Assembly: GCA_017991415.1 (NCBI GenBank)
Contig: JAGOQR010000004.1
Location: 17,549 to 81,548 of the forward strand
Direction of reading: 5' to 3'
Length of the DNA: 64,000 bases
Origin: Candidatus Magasanikiibacteriota bacterium
GTDB taxonomy: Bacteria; Patescibacteriota; Patescibacteriia; Magasanikbacterales; GWA2-37-8
A program made the position numbers and the translations under genes. Below are positions 37,032 through 45,926 of the stretch, piece by piece; within the stretch, counting starts at the first letter, position 1, and each line of letters begins with the position of its first letter. Under the pieces are notes generated by a model. That model worked only from the letters and a program-made list of their open reading frames with translations. It had not been told where the DNA came from and ran no database searches.

Positions 37032-37346
37032 ATGGAAAAAGATAGAGGTATAATTGATTTAGCAGTAGAGCGTGAGAAAAGATTAAAAACAGCTCCGGAT
37101 GCAGTAGTAGATTTTGATGGCGCTGAAGACGAAACAGAACTGGATACAAGTCATTTTTTGTATCATGTAGACAATGATTTGGTTCGTGAGGGTTGGCGCC
37201 CCTTTTCATTTGTTGAGATAAATACAGGTACGCTAAAAAATAGAGAAGAAGTAAGAAAGCTTGCTGGATGGAAAAATGTACAAGAAAAAGAATCCACTAT
37301 AAAAGATGGCGGTAAACCGTGTATTGTATTTTATGGTAAAAACTAA
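37032..37346 (+). CDS. Hypothetical protein
   Basis: 104 aa, acidic N-terminal half. It is first in a run of 4-nt-spaced or overlapping genes ending at the Pif1 helicase. Confidence 0.4.
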   Translation: MEKDRGIIDLAVEREKRLKTAPDAVVDFDGAEDETELDTSHFLYHVDNDLVREGWRPFSFVEINTGTLKNREEVRKLAGWKNVQEKESTIKDGGKPCIVFYGKN

Positions 37347-37349
37347 GGT

Positions 37350-37976
37350 ATGTTCGATCTGACTAAACAAGAATTAAAAATATTTAAAAAATTAACTACG
37401 CCCATAAAAATCCAGGATTTTTTGGATAGTGTGCCAGTTAATTGGGAGAAAAAAGGGGAGACATATATGTCTCCGCGTCGGGCACTCCAAGCTCAAAAAA
37501 TGCATTGTTTTGAAGGGGCTTTGTTTGCCGCCGTGGCCCTGTGGCTTAATGGTGAAGAGCCACTGGTAATGGATTTTAAAAATAAAGGGGACGATGACCA
37601 TGTGGTAGCTTTGTATAGGCGCAATGGCTATTGGGGAGCGATAAGCAAAACCAATCATGCTTCGGTGCGGTTTCGTGACCCAGTGTACAAAACTATCCGC
37701 GAATTAGCTCTTTCTTATTTCCATGAATATTTTAGAGAGCGTGATGGTAAAAAAACGTTAGTTAGTTTTTCTTCTAAACCATTTGATTTACGGGTCTTTG
37801 GCACTGGCTGGATTACAACGCCAGAGGACTTAGATGCTATTGCCGAAGCTGTCGACGTGGCTCCGCACACAATGATTTATCCAAAAAAGAACGCACGCTT
37901 TATTCGCACTGCCGATGCGATGGAGCAAAAAGCAGGCAGACTTATTGAATGGAAAAAAAGTGACCCAAGAACCTAA
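37350..37976 (+). CDS. Hypothetical protein with candidate Cys/His catalytic pair (possible papain-like/transglutaminase-fold hydrolase)
   Basis: 208 aa. QKMHCFEGALFAAVAL ... DDDHVVALYRRNGYWG resembles the Cys...His arrangement of NlpC/C39-like folds. This is speculative. Confidence 0.4.
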   Translation: MFDLTKQELKIFKKLTTPIKIQDFLDSVPVNWEKKGETYMSPRRALQAQKMHCFEGALFAAVALWLNGEEPLVMDFKNKGDDDHVVALYRRNGYWGAISKTNHASVRFRDPVYKTIRELALSYFHEYFRERDGKKTLVSFSSKPFDLRVFGTGWITTPEDLDAIAEAVDVAPHTMIYPKKNARFIRTADAMEQKAGRLIEWKKSDPRT

Positions 37977-37979
37977 TAT

Positions 37980-38372
37980 ATGATAATTCCTCCAGACGAA
38001 CTTGTTATTACCTTTGCCAGGTCATCGGGAAAAGGCGGGCAGAACGTGAATAAAACATCCACGAAAGTTTTTGTACACTGGGGAATAGAAAATTCTACCG
38101 TATTAACTGATGATGAGAAAAATCGAGTACGGACAAAATTGGCTAATAGAATAAATAACGAAGATGAGCTCGTTGTATTTTCGGAAGAAGAACGCTCGCA
38201 AGCGCAAAATAAAGAATTGGCGATAAGTAGATTGCAGACGCTAGTTGATGAGGCATTGGTTGTACCAAAAATTCGTCGTGCTACCAGGCCAACGCTCGGT
38301 TCAAAAATAAGAAGAATAGAATCAAAACGAATGCGTTCTCAGATTAAAACACAGAGACGAAGTGTTGAGTAA
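37980..38372 (+). CDS. arfB: Alternative ribosome-rescue factor ArfB-type peptidyl-tRNA hydrolase (RF-1 domain, GGQ)
   Basis: 130 aa with GGQ motif SSGKGGQNVNKT and a basic C-terminal tail (KIRRIESKRMRSQIKTQRR). Confidence 0.85.
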   Translation: MIIPPDELVITFARSSGKGGQNVNKTSTKVFVHWGIENSTVLTDDEKNRVRTKLANRINNEDELVVFSEEERSQAQNKELAISRLQTLVDEALVVPKIRRATRPTLGSKIRRIESKRMRSQIKTQRRSVE

Positions 38373-38373
38373 T

Positions 38374-38619
38374 ATGTATTACCTCTATATCCTGGAATGT
38401 GCAGATAAAACATTGTATACTGGTATCACCGTAGATTTAGAACGAAGAGTGCGCGAACACAATACCTCGGCTATTGGTGCAAAATATACGCGTGCCCGAA
38501 GGCCTGTGCGACTCGTATATAGTAAAAAATTTCGCAATCGGTCTACCGCTTCCAAAGCGGAAAGTAAAATAAAAAAACTGAGCAGGGAAGCAAAGCTACA
38601 TTTAATTTCTCTCGTATGA
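38374..38619 (+). CDS. GIY-YIG nuclease family protein (UPF0213-like)
   Basis: YLYILECADKTLYTGITVDLERRVREHN is a GIY-YIG core. ATG 38374 is preferred over GTG 38362. Confidence 0.85.
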   Translation: MYYLYILECADKTLYTGITVDLERRVREHNTSAIGAKYTRARRPVRLVYSKKFRNRSTASKAESKIKKLSREAKLHLISLV

Positions 38620-40292
38620 CGCAAGATCAGGCGCTTGATATTTTAAAAACTGGCGCTAATGTTTTTTTAACTGGTGAGCCTGGAGCAGGTAAAACACATA
38701 CCATCAATCAGTATGCGTCTTATTTGCGTACGAGAGCTATAGAGCCATCTATTACTGCTTCTACAGGTATTGCCGCTACTCATTTGGGTGGTATGACCAT
38801 TCATTCCTGGACTGGCATTGGTATTAAAAAATACTTGGATAAATATGAGTTAGATAAAATTTCTTCTACCGAATATCTGGCCAAACGTATTCGCCGCGCC
38901 AAGGTTCTTATTATCGACGAGGTGTCTATGCTTGGTCCCGAAACACTCGATATGGCCGATGCAGTTTGTCGAAATATTCGTCAAAACAATGACGCCTTTG
39001 GTGGGTTGCAAGTTATTTTTGTTGGTGATTTTTTTCAATTGCCGCCAATTGTGCGAAACGAAACAAGCCAAGACCCGCAAACCTCGATGCTCCAAGCGCC
39101 CAAAGCTCGTTTTGCCTACGACGCATCTGCGTGGCAGAGAGCCAGGCCAGTTATTTGTTATCTTACCGAGCAACACCGCCAAGATGACGATGCTTTTTTA
39201 CGTCTTCTTTCTGCTATTCGTACTAATAGTTTTGGCAGTTCTCATTTAGAAGAAATTAAAAACAGAAAAATATTTAGTGATAAGGGGATGGATAAAGCGG
39301 TAAAATTGTATACTCGTAATATAAATGTAGATCGAACTAATGATGAAATGCTTGCAACGGTGGTAAATCGACCAGTTACTTTTGAGATGAAAACAAAAGG
39401 TGCGCCAGCGCTCGTTGCAGCTCTGCAAAAAGGGTGCCTGTCTCCCGAAAAATTAATTCTCAAAGTTGGTGCCAAAGTAATGTTTACTAAGAATAATCCT
39501 AAAGAAGGATTTGTAAATGGTACGCTCGGTACGGTAGAAGGTTTTGATACATATATTGGTCTACCAATTATACGAACAAACGATGGTCGTAAAGTTATGG
39601 TAGAAGCTATGGATTGGAGTGTAGAAGAAAATGGTAAACCGCGCGCCACGATAACTCAGGTACCGCTCCGGCTCGCATGGGCAATTACGGTGCATAAAAG
39701 CCAAGGCATGAGTTTGGAAGAAGCGGTTATGGACCTAAGCGATGTGTTTGAGTTTGGCCAGGGGTATGTGGCCTTATCTCGTGTCCGTAGACTATCGGGG
39801 CTTCATTTGCTTGGCTGGAACGAGCAGGCATTTCAAGTTCACCCAGAAGTACTCCAAAAAGATAAAGATTTCCGAGTTAATTCCGAAGCTACAGAGCTTG
39901 CTTTTGGCAAAATTTCAAAAGAAGAATTGGCTATCATGCACAAAAATTTTATTAAAGCTTGTTCGGGAGATGAAGTGTCTGAAAAAGAAAAAGTAGTTTC
40001 CAAAGCAAATTCTGATAGTGAGGAGATAGTATACGCGCCAGTGACAGGGCCAGACTATGTACCAGGAAAAAGAAAAAATAGAACAAGTACCATGAAAGGT
40101 AAGGGGCATGAAAAAGTTCGAGAAAAACACCCTAATGCGTTTAAGACATGGAGTGAGCAGCAGGACGAAGAGCTCAAAGAATTTTTTGCCAACGGCGTAC
40201 CGCTCCAAGAAATTGCCGAAACGCTTGGTCGCAAATCGGGTGCTGTGGCTATGCGGCTTACTAAGCTTGGGTTGATGGAAGATTTGGATTAA
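38616..40292 (+). CDS. Pif1/RecD-like SF1B DNA helicase with C-terminal HTH domain
   Basis: Walker A LTGEPGAGKTHT, motif II IIDEVSML, motifs VFVGDFFQLPP and ITVHKSQGMSLE. The C-terminus WSEQQDEELKEFFANGVPLQEIAETLGRKSGAVAMRL is helix-turn-helix-like. The start overlaps the GIY-YIG stop. Confidence 0.85.
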   Translation: MTQDQALDILKTGANVFLTGEPGAGKTHTINQYASYLRTRAIEPSITASTGIAATHLGGMTIHSWTGIGIKKYLDKYELDKISSTEYLAKRIRRAKVLIIDEVSMLGPETLDMADAVCRNIRQNNDAFGGLQVIFVGDFFQLPPIVRNETSQDPQTSMLQAPKARFAYDASAWQRARPVICYLTEQHRQDDDAFLRLLSAIRTNSFGSSHLEEIKNRKIFSDKGMDKAVKLYTRNINVDRTNDEMLATVVNRPVTFEMKTKGAPALVAALQKGCLSPEKLILKVGAKVMFTKNNPKEGFVNGTLGTVEGFDTYIGLPIIRTNDGRKVMVEAMDWSVEENGKPRATITQVPLRLAWAITVHKSQGMSLEEAVMDLSDVFEFGQGYVALSRVRRLSGLHLLGWNEQAFQVHPEVLQKDKDFRVNSEATELAFGKISKEELAIMHKNFIKACSGDEVSEKEKVVSKANSDSEEIVYAPVTGPDYVPGKRKNRTSTMKGKGHEKVREKHPNAFKTWSEQQDEELKEFFANGVPLQEIAETLGRKSGAVAMRLTKLGLMEDLD

Positions 40293-41682
40293 CTTTTTTT
40301 GCAAGAAGTAACGTTATAAAAATAATTCCCATAACGTGAAATAGAGCAGGGGAAGTTAGGTTAATGACCAGTAATGCCAAGAGTGCCGCAGGCAACCCGT
40401 ATTGTTTGGCAATAAGACGTAAGGCGTATGCAACAAGTGATAACCAAATAAGCAGCCCAAGCATTCCCATTTCAGCTATAATTTCTAGATATCCCCAGTC
40501 GAAGTGCGGTGTAGTAATATTTTGTTTAAATACAGGGCTATATACTGTTACCGTATCGCCCAAACCATTACCCAGCACAGGGTGATTTTTTATTTTTTCG
40601 AGTATTTTTGGTAGTAGTAATACACGGCTTAGCGAGCTCTCTTCGGTCTGCGGGGCAGTTATGCTTTGGAGGCGTAGACCAAAAAATTCCCAACCTAAAT
40701 TTTTGCCCCGGCTAGTCGCGAGGTGTGCAGTGGTAAAAATTATAATAAAACCAATTACCGTGGCAGTAGAAACTACAAACCAGCGCTTCCAATTGGTTTT
40801 GGAAAATAAAAATAACAATCCAACGCCAAGTGCGAGAATATAAATACGGGTGAGGTTTACGGCGAGGATTGCCACAAGTGCCCCTGTTACTCCAAAGAGA
40901 ATTTTGTGTAATAGCGTGGTGGCTTCGTTGGTTTTTTTATCTACAATAATACGGCTGATAAAGAAAATTAAGAGTGGAATAAGCAGTAAATGTTCATTGA
41001 GAACAATGCGATAAAAATTAAAACCATACTCAGTAATTTTGCCACTGGCTATATCGCGAAACCAATGATAGTAGTTGTCTTGCAGCACAAGCAGTTTGCT
41101 AGAGAAACCAACAAGAGTTATATACATTAAGATACAGTTGCCGATAATAGCAGATAGAATCATGCCAAAAGTAATACGGCGGAAGGGTTCAGATTGTAAG
41201 AGTTGTTTGAGAGGAAAGTAATATAAAAAGAAAAAATAGGGGACAGTATCGGCAATAATTAAATGTGGAGCATGATGAAAGTAAAAACCATGAAAAACAG
41301 AAATGGCTGTAGTGATGAGTAAGCCTGTAAGGAGGTAGAAAATAGTTTTATTTTCTAAAAATAAGGTATATTTTTTTTCTTTTATTGTGTGATATAAAAA
41401 AATACCAAGAGAAGATATAAGCAAAAGTGTTCGGAGCGCTATTCCGTTTATTTCTAAAAAACTTCCTGCACCACCCAGTATTATTTCGGCAGCAATAATC
41501 AGCCAGCCCCGTATATCTTTTTTGAGTAAAAAATAAATAGCAGTGGCCAAAATACCAGCCGAAATAATCCAGTTTATAGGATTGGCCGTATATAGTGGTG
41601 TGCCAGGGCTAAAAAAATAAGAAAAAATTCTGATGGTAATATATATCATCAGCCCCCCTGTTATTTGTTTTTTCAAATTCAT
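40261..41682 (-). CDS. O-antigen ligase/polymerase family membrane protein (Wzy_C / WaaL-like)
   Basis: 473 aa, ~12 TM. A periplasmic loop carries HFDWGYLEIIAEMGMLG, matching the Wzy_C signature H-x-x-YLE...E.G. Its 3' end overlaps the convergent Pif1 gene by 32 nt. Confidence 0.7.
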   Translation of the reverse strand: MNLKKQITGGLMIYITIRIFSYFFSPGTPLYTANPINWIISAGILATAIYFLLKKDIRGWLIIAAEIILGGAGSFLEINGIALRTLLLISSLGIFLYHTIKEKKYTLFLENKTIFYLLTGLLITTAISVFHGFYFHHAPHLIIADTVPYFFFLYYFPLKQLLQSEPFRRITFGMILSAIIGNCILMYITLVGFSSKLLVLQDNYYHWFRDIASGKITEYGFNFYRIVLNEHLLLIPLLIFFISRIIVDKKTNEATTLLHKILFGVTGALVAILAVNLTRIYILALGVGLLFLFSKTNWKRWFVVSTATVIGFIIIFTTAHLATSRGKNLGWEFFGLRLQSITAPQTEESSLSRVLLLPKILEKIKNHPVLGNGLGDTVTVYSPVFKQNITTPHFDWGYLEIIAEMGMLGLLIWLSLVAYALRLIAKQYGLPAALLALLVINLTSPALFHVMGIIFITLLLAKKVNPNLPSTQA

Positions 41683-41697
41683 ACGTAGTTGGCGACT

Positions 41698-42615
41698 TTA
41701 TAATATCGCTTTATTAAAATTTTTATATCCATTCGCAAATACATCGGCTGTCATAGAATTTTTTCCTTCTAGCTGTAATTCGAGTATTTCTATGGCATCT
41801 TGTCCGCAGCCCACAAAAATATGTGCATCTTCGATTAAAACTTCGCCAGGCGGTATTGTTTTTTTTGCTTTGATTATTTTAAGAAGCTTTAATCTTTTAT
41901 TATTCCAGGTACACCAAATACCTGGCCAGGGAGTAAGGCCCTGGTATAGGTTATAGATAGTGTTTGCAGGCAACGCAAAGTCTATTTTGCCATTATCTTT
42001 GGTAAGTAGTTTGGTAAAGGTAGCTTTGGCATGATCTTGAGTTTGGGGTGTTATTTCGCCGCTCACATATCGGGGAAGGGTGTCTAAAAGCAATTTTGAG
42101 CCCTCTACAGCCATTTTTTGAGCCAAAGTAGTATATGTGTCGTCTAAAGCGATTGGTAAGCTGCTTTGAGCCAAAATTGGGCCATGATCGACCAGTGAAT
42201 CCATAATCATGATGGTGATGCCTGTTGTTTTTTCTCCTGTCATAAGCGCAGCTTGGATAGGGGATGCACCTCGATATGCAGGTAATAGAGAGCCATGTAC
42301 GTTTATCATTCCCTTTGGAAACGCATCGATAATATGTTGGGGAATAATAAGTCCGTATTGAGCCACAACGGCCAGTGAGTAGTTGCCCGTTTCTATAGAA
42401 TAATTTTTGAGAGATTCTGGTTGTTCTGTGTGCAGACCGTGTTTGGTTGCTAATTTTTTAACAGGAGATTCTTCAACTATCTGTTTGCGGCCAACTTTTC
42501 TATCTGGTTGCGTAAAAACTGTTTCCACTGAAAAAAGAGTATTAGAAAGAAGGCCGTCTAAAATAGTGGCGGCAAAATCTTGTGTACCGAAGAAGGCGAT
42601 TTTTATTTTTTCCAT
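41698..42615 (-). CDS. fmt: Methionyl-tRNA formyltransferase
   Basis: KIAFFGTQDFA...NVHGSLLPAYRGASPIQAALMTGEKTTGITIM. Confidence 0.9.
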   Translation of the reverse strand: MEKIKIAFFGTQDFAATILDGLLSNTLFSVETVFTQPDRKVGRKQIVEESPVKKLATKHGLHTEQPESLKNYSIETGNYSLAVVAQYGLIIPQHIIDAFPKGMINVHGSLLPAYRGASPIQAALMTGEKTTGITIMIMDSLVDHGPILAQSSLPIALDDTYTTLAQKMAVEGSKLLLDTLPRYVSGEITPQTQDHAKATFTKLLTKDNGKIDFALPANTIYNLYQGLTPWPGIWCTWNNKRLKLLKIIKAKKTIPPGEVLIEDAHIFVGCGQDAIEILELQLEGKNSMTADVFANGYKNFNKAIL

Positions 42616-42628
42616 GTAAGAGAATTAT

Positions 42629-43123
42629 TTACAAAACGTTTTCATCCAGACCGTGCAAATTTTTTGCTTTGGAGTTAAATAAAACGCCGTTTAGATGATC
42701 GATTTCGTGTTGGCAAATTCTGGCAAAAAAATTGGAGGCAATAAATTGAATTTTCTTGCCAGTAACATCAAGAGCGGTAACTTTTATTTTTTTATAGCGA
42801 CGTACTTTGCCATAAATTTTGGGCACAGACAAACAGCCTTCTTCGTCCCAGTCGCGAAGGATAGATGCTTTTTCAAAAGATGGGTTAATAAGAACCAGGT
42901 CTGCTTTTTTGCCTGGAGTAAAATCTTTGGCAATAACACATAACGCAATGGGTCGGGCCACTTGCACCGAAGCAATGCCAACGCCATTTTTGTAATACAT
43001 GGTTTCGATAAGGTCTTTGGTAAATTCTTTTATTTCGGCAGATTTAATTTCTTCGAGTGTTAAACTGCGAGAAACTTCTTTGAGCATGGGACTTTCTGCC
43101 TCTTTTGGAACGTTAAGAATCAT
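42629..43123 (-). CDS. def: Peptide deformylase
   Basis: Motifs GVGIASVQV, EGCLSVP and QHEIDHLNG. Confidence 0.95.
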   Translation of the reverse strand: MILNVPKEAESPMLKEVSRSLTLEEIKSAEIKEFTKDLIETMYYKNGVGIASVQVARPIALCVIAKDFTPGKKADLVLINPSFEKASILRDWDEEGCLSVPKIYGKVRRYKKIKVTALDVTGKKIQFIASNFFARICQHEIDHLNGVLFNSKAKNLHGLDENVL

Positions 43124-43129
43124 ATGTTT

Positions 43130-43212
43130 TTTGTCATCCTGAATGAAATGAAGGATCTCTGTCGGTTTGTTGTGCGAACAGAGATTCTTCGCGCTGCTCA
43201 GAATGACAGTGA
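43130..43212. other. ~85 nt nested imperfect palindrome in the priA-def intergenic spacer (candidate structured RNA / REP-like element / attenuator)
   Basis: Outer arms gtcatcctga / tcagaatgac (9 of 10 pair). Inner perfect 8-bp arms atctctgt / acagagat. It is locally more GC-rich than its surroundings. Confidence 0.35.
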
Positions 43213-43219
43213 GTATAAT

Positions 43220-45121
43220 TTAAGAAAATGATAGAATTGAATTTGGGTTAGGGTCTATTTTCCAGCTATCTGGCGTCTCGGAAAGTAGTAATTTGGTATT
43301 TTTTTTATAGTTTTCGTAGCCTATCTTGGCTAAAATTACGTACCAGTATTGGCCATTATAGTGATGTGGCGAAGTTTCCCAAGGCCCTAGTATTGTAATA
43401 TCTGAGGTGTTTTTGGTCAACTGAGTGAGTTTTGTAGCTAATTTTTCTGTCTCCTCAGCAGCTGTCTGTGCTGTAGTTGTGCCAGTGGCAAATTTTACCA
43501 AAAATTTGAAAGGTGGGTAGCCTAATGCTCGTCGTTCTTCTAATTGTTCTTTGTAAAAAGAGGCTGGGTCAAAGAGTGAAGCAAAAACAAGATGTTCGGG
43601 GTGGCTTGTTTGGATAACAAAGTCTGAGTTTGGTGAAAGATTGAATTGCGCATCACGGATTTGTTGCCATAAATTTTCTACAATTTTATATTCTGGAATA
43701 AAAAGGGAAGAATCTGCATCGAGAAATGCCATGAGTTTTATGTTACTCCAATCGATATGAGCCCAAGCCATTTGGGTGCCAATAATAATCTTGTCACCAG
43801 GTTTTTTTAATTTTTCGAGATCGTTTTCATCACTGTCAATACGAATAATTGCTCGGGTATCACTATGAGCAGTGATTTTTTTGATTAAATCTTCGGCTAA
43901 CTGTGTGCCAGCGCCATACATATTTACATTGGTGCCCTGGCATGTGGCGCATCTAAGCGGCATAGTCGTCGTGTAATGACAGTAATGGCAGCTGAGTTGA
44001 TTGGTGCTTTGGTGATAAGTAAGAGAAAGGTTGCATGAAGGACATTTTAAAACAGTGCCGCAATCGCGACAGCCAACATAACTTACGGTGCCACGCCTGT
44101 TGATAAAGAAAAAGATATCACCAGTTTTTATTTTTTTGTATGCTTCGAGCAGATCATGACTGAGTAAACTAAAATTTTTGAGACGACGTTGTGTGCGCAT
44201 GTCTATGATTTCTATCGGTTTTTGGATAGCTGTTATTTCTGCGCTTGGCGAGGTGTATACTTTTTTTTGCGCAAAAAATAATGTTTCAACGCTCGGAGTG
44301 TGCGCTGTAAAGATAAGTTCCGCATTGTGGCTTTTGGATAAAAATAAAGCTGCATCACGTGTGTGGAGACGAGGTGCCATGTCCCAGCTTTTGTAATTTG
44401 GATTACCTTCGTCATCTAAAATAATATGCTGCAAATTAAACCACGGTAAAAACAGCGCCGATCTGGTGCCAATGACAATATTTTTTTCTCCAGACCAGAT
44501 TTGAAGCCATTTGGAAAATAATTCTTTATCATTAAGTGTGCCGGTAATAGTAATAGTTTTATCTACAATAGCGTTCGGTAATAGTTTTTTAATTTTTTCT
44601 ATAGAATTTATTTCTGGAACTAAAATTAGTGTTTGGCCAGAAGTTTTTTGTATATGCTTTGTGAGGATTTCTTTTTTTTCTTCTACAGTTTTGTATAGTA
44701 ATAGTGTTGGTTTGCTCGGTGCGGTTTCTTTTTTGGTCACAGAAGAGGTCTCAAGTGATGAGTTGCTCTCGGCTAGTTTTTGAAGCTTCCTTTTTTGCAA
44801 AGGAATGAGATTGGTTTTTAATAAAAAACCAAGAGGTGTGTGATAAAACTCAGAGATATCTTTAATAAAAGCGAGCTGCTCTTTGGAAATAATAGATTTT
44901 TCGAAAATTATTTTGGTAATTGGTTTTAGCTTTGCCTCTGTCTGTTCCGTAGTAGGTTGAATATCAAAAATCACCCCAAATTCTTCTTTGCGACGAAACG
45001 GAATTGTTACCAGCTGTCCAATTTTTACTGTATGTTGTATTTTTTCTGGTACAGAATAATCTAAAAAAGGTAAGGACAGTGGCATTCGTTTGGCCAGAAT
45101 AACACGGACGATCATAAACAA
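43220..45121 (-). CDS. priA: Primosomal protein N' (PriA) homolog with degenerate helicase motifs
   Basis: N-terminal 3'-DNA-binding region, IVIGTRSALF, and a Cys-rich zinc region (CRDCGTVLKCPSCNLSLTYH...CHYCHY...CATCQG). Walker A is replaced by KTVEEKKEIL, DEEH is replaced by DDEG, and the motif VI arginines are absent. Confidence 0.85.
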   Translation of the reverse strand: MFMIVRVILAKRMPLSLPFLDYSVPEKIQHTVKIGQLVTIPFRRKEEFGVIFDIQPTTEQTEAKLKPITKIIFEKSIISKEQLAFIKDISEFYHTPLGFLLKTNLIPLQKRKLQKLAESNSSLETSSVTKKETAPSKPTLLLYKTVEEKKEILTKHIQKTSGQTLILVPEINSIEKIKKLLPNAIVDKTITITGTLNDKELFSKWLQIWSGEKNIVIGTRSALFLPWFNLQHIILDDEGNPNYKSWDMAPRLHTRDAALFLSKSHNAELIFTAHTPSVETLFFAQKKVYTSPSAEITAIQKPIEIIDMRTQRRLKNFSLLSHDLLEAYKKIKTGDIFFFINRRGTVSYVGCRDCGTVLKCPSCNLSLTYHQSTNQLSCHYCHYTTTMPLRCATCQGTNVNMYGAGTQLAEDLIKKITAHSDTRAIIRIDSDENDLEKLKKPGDKIIIGTQMAWAHIDWSNIKLMAFLDADSSLFIPEYKIVENLWQQIRDAQFNLSPNSDFVIQTSHPEHLVFASLFDPASFYKEQLEERRALGYPPFKFLVKFATGTTTAQTAAEETEKLATKLTQLTKNTSDITILGPWETSPHHYNGQYWYVILAKIGYENYKKNTKLLLSETPDSWKIDPNPNSILSFS

Positions 45122-45125
45122 TTAC

Positions 45126-45917
45126 CTACAGAACAAAATTAGCAGTAAGATAGCCGACACCAAAAGGAGCTTCGTACGCGTATGACTTATATGTATGTTG
45201 AAAGCCTTGGAGGATGCCCATTAAAATTAAGAACGAACGAAAGCCGCACTCCGCTGCATCTGCAACCATCTCTTTATCCATTTGCAGCATTCCCGCTAAA
45301 TTATGCGTAGAAAGAAGGTCTTGAATTTTTTTATCAAATTCTGGACCAGCGGCATTGTAGCCGGCAGGCGCGTCGGTAAAGAGAGCATGTGATAAATCAC
45401 CCGAAGCAATAACTGCTACTCGTTTATTTGTTTCTAAGATTTTTTCTTTTAAGATATTGCCAAATGCAACATGAGTTTTCCAGTCAAGATCACAAAAACC
45501 AATTGGAATTATCTTTGTATTTTTTAGGTGAGGGGTAAGATAGGCGAGTGGTATGGAAGCTCCATGATCCAGGTTTGGTTCACTTACCATGGTAGAAGGT
45601 ATATGTTCTTTTTTTAAAGCCTCTACAATTCCCGTTGTTAAAGAGCGTTCTCCAGGAAATTTTAATCTGGTAGCTAGGTCTCCAAAAGAACGGAGGTCTG
45701 TTTGGTATTGAGGGTTTTGGTGTACGGTAAAAGCCTCTTTGAAATAACTGCCATGCGGAGAGATTATAATAAGGATATCTGGGTGGGTAATATAGAGATC
45801 CTTTTCTAATTGCTCCATTGCGTTTTTTGTTTTTTCTACTTTTTTTATTTCACCATGGCCAATAGCAGGGATTAAGAAGGGTGGGTGAGGAGTAATAGCA
45901 GCAAATACAAGCGACAT
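45126..45917 (-). CDS. LigB-superfamily protein (class III extradiol dioxygenase / DODA- or Memo-like)
   Basis: AITPHPPFLIP...IIISPHG...DHGASIPL...IASGDLSHAL parallels the His-containing motifs of the DODA/LigB catalytic subunit. Confidence 0.55.
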   Translation of the reverse strand: MSLVFAAITPHPPFLIPAIGHGEIKKVEKTKNAMEQLEKDLYITHPDILIIISPHGSYFKEAFTVHQNPQYQTDLRSFGDLATRLKFPGERSLTTGIVEALKKEHIPSTMVSEPNLDHGASIPLAYLTPHLKNTKIIPIGFCDLDWKTHVAFGNILKEKILETNKRVAVIASGDLSHALFTDAPAGYNAAGPEFDKKIQDLLSTHNLAGMLQMDKEMVADAAECGFRSFLILMGILQGFQHTYKSYAYEAPFGVGYLTANFVL

Positions 45918-45926
45918 ATAGATGGG

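Noticed and set aside
39242-39649. 135-aa minus-strand ORF inside the Pif1 helicase gene
   Set aside because: It is antisense to conserved helicase motifs and has no independent support.
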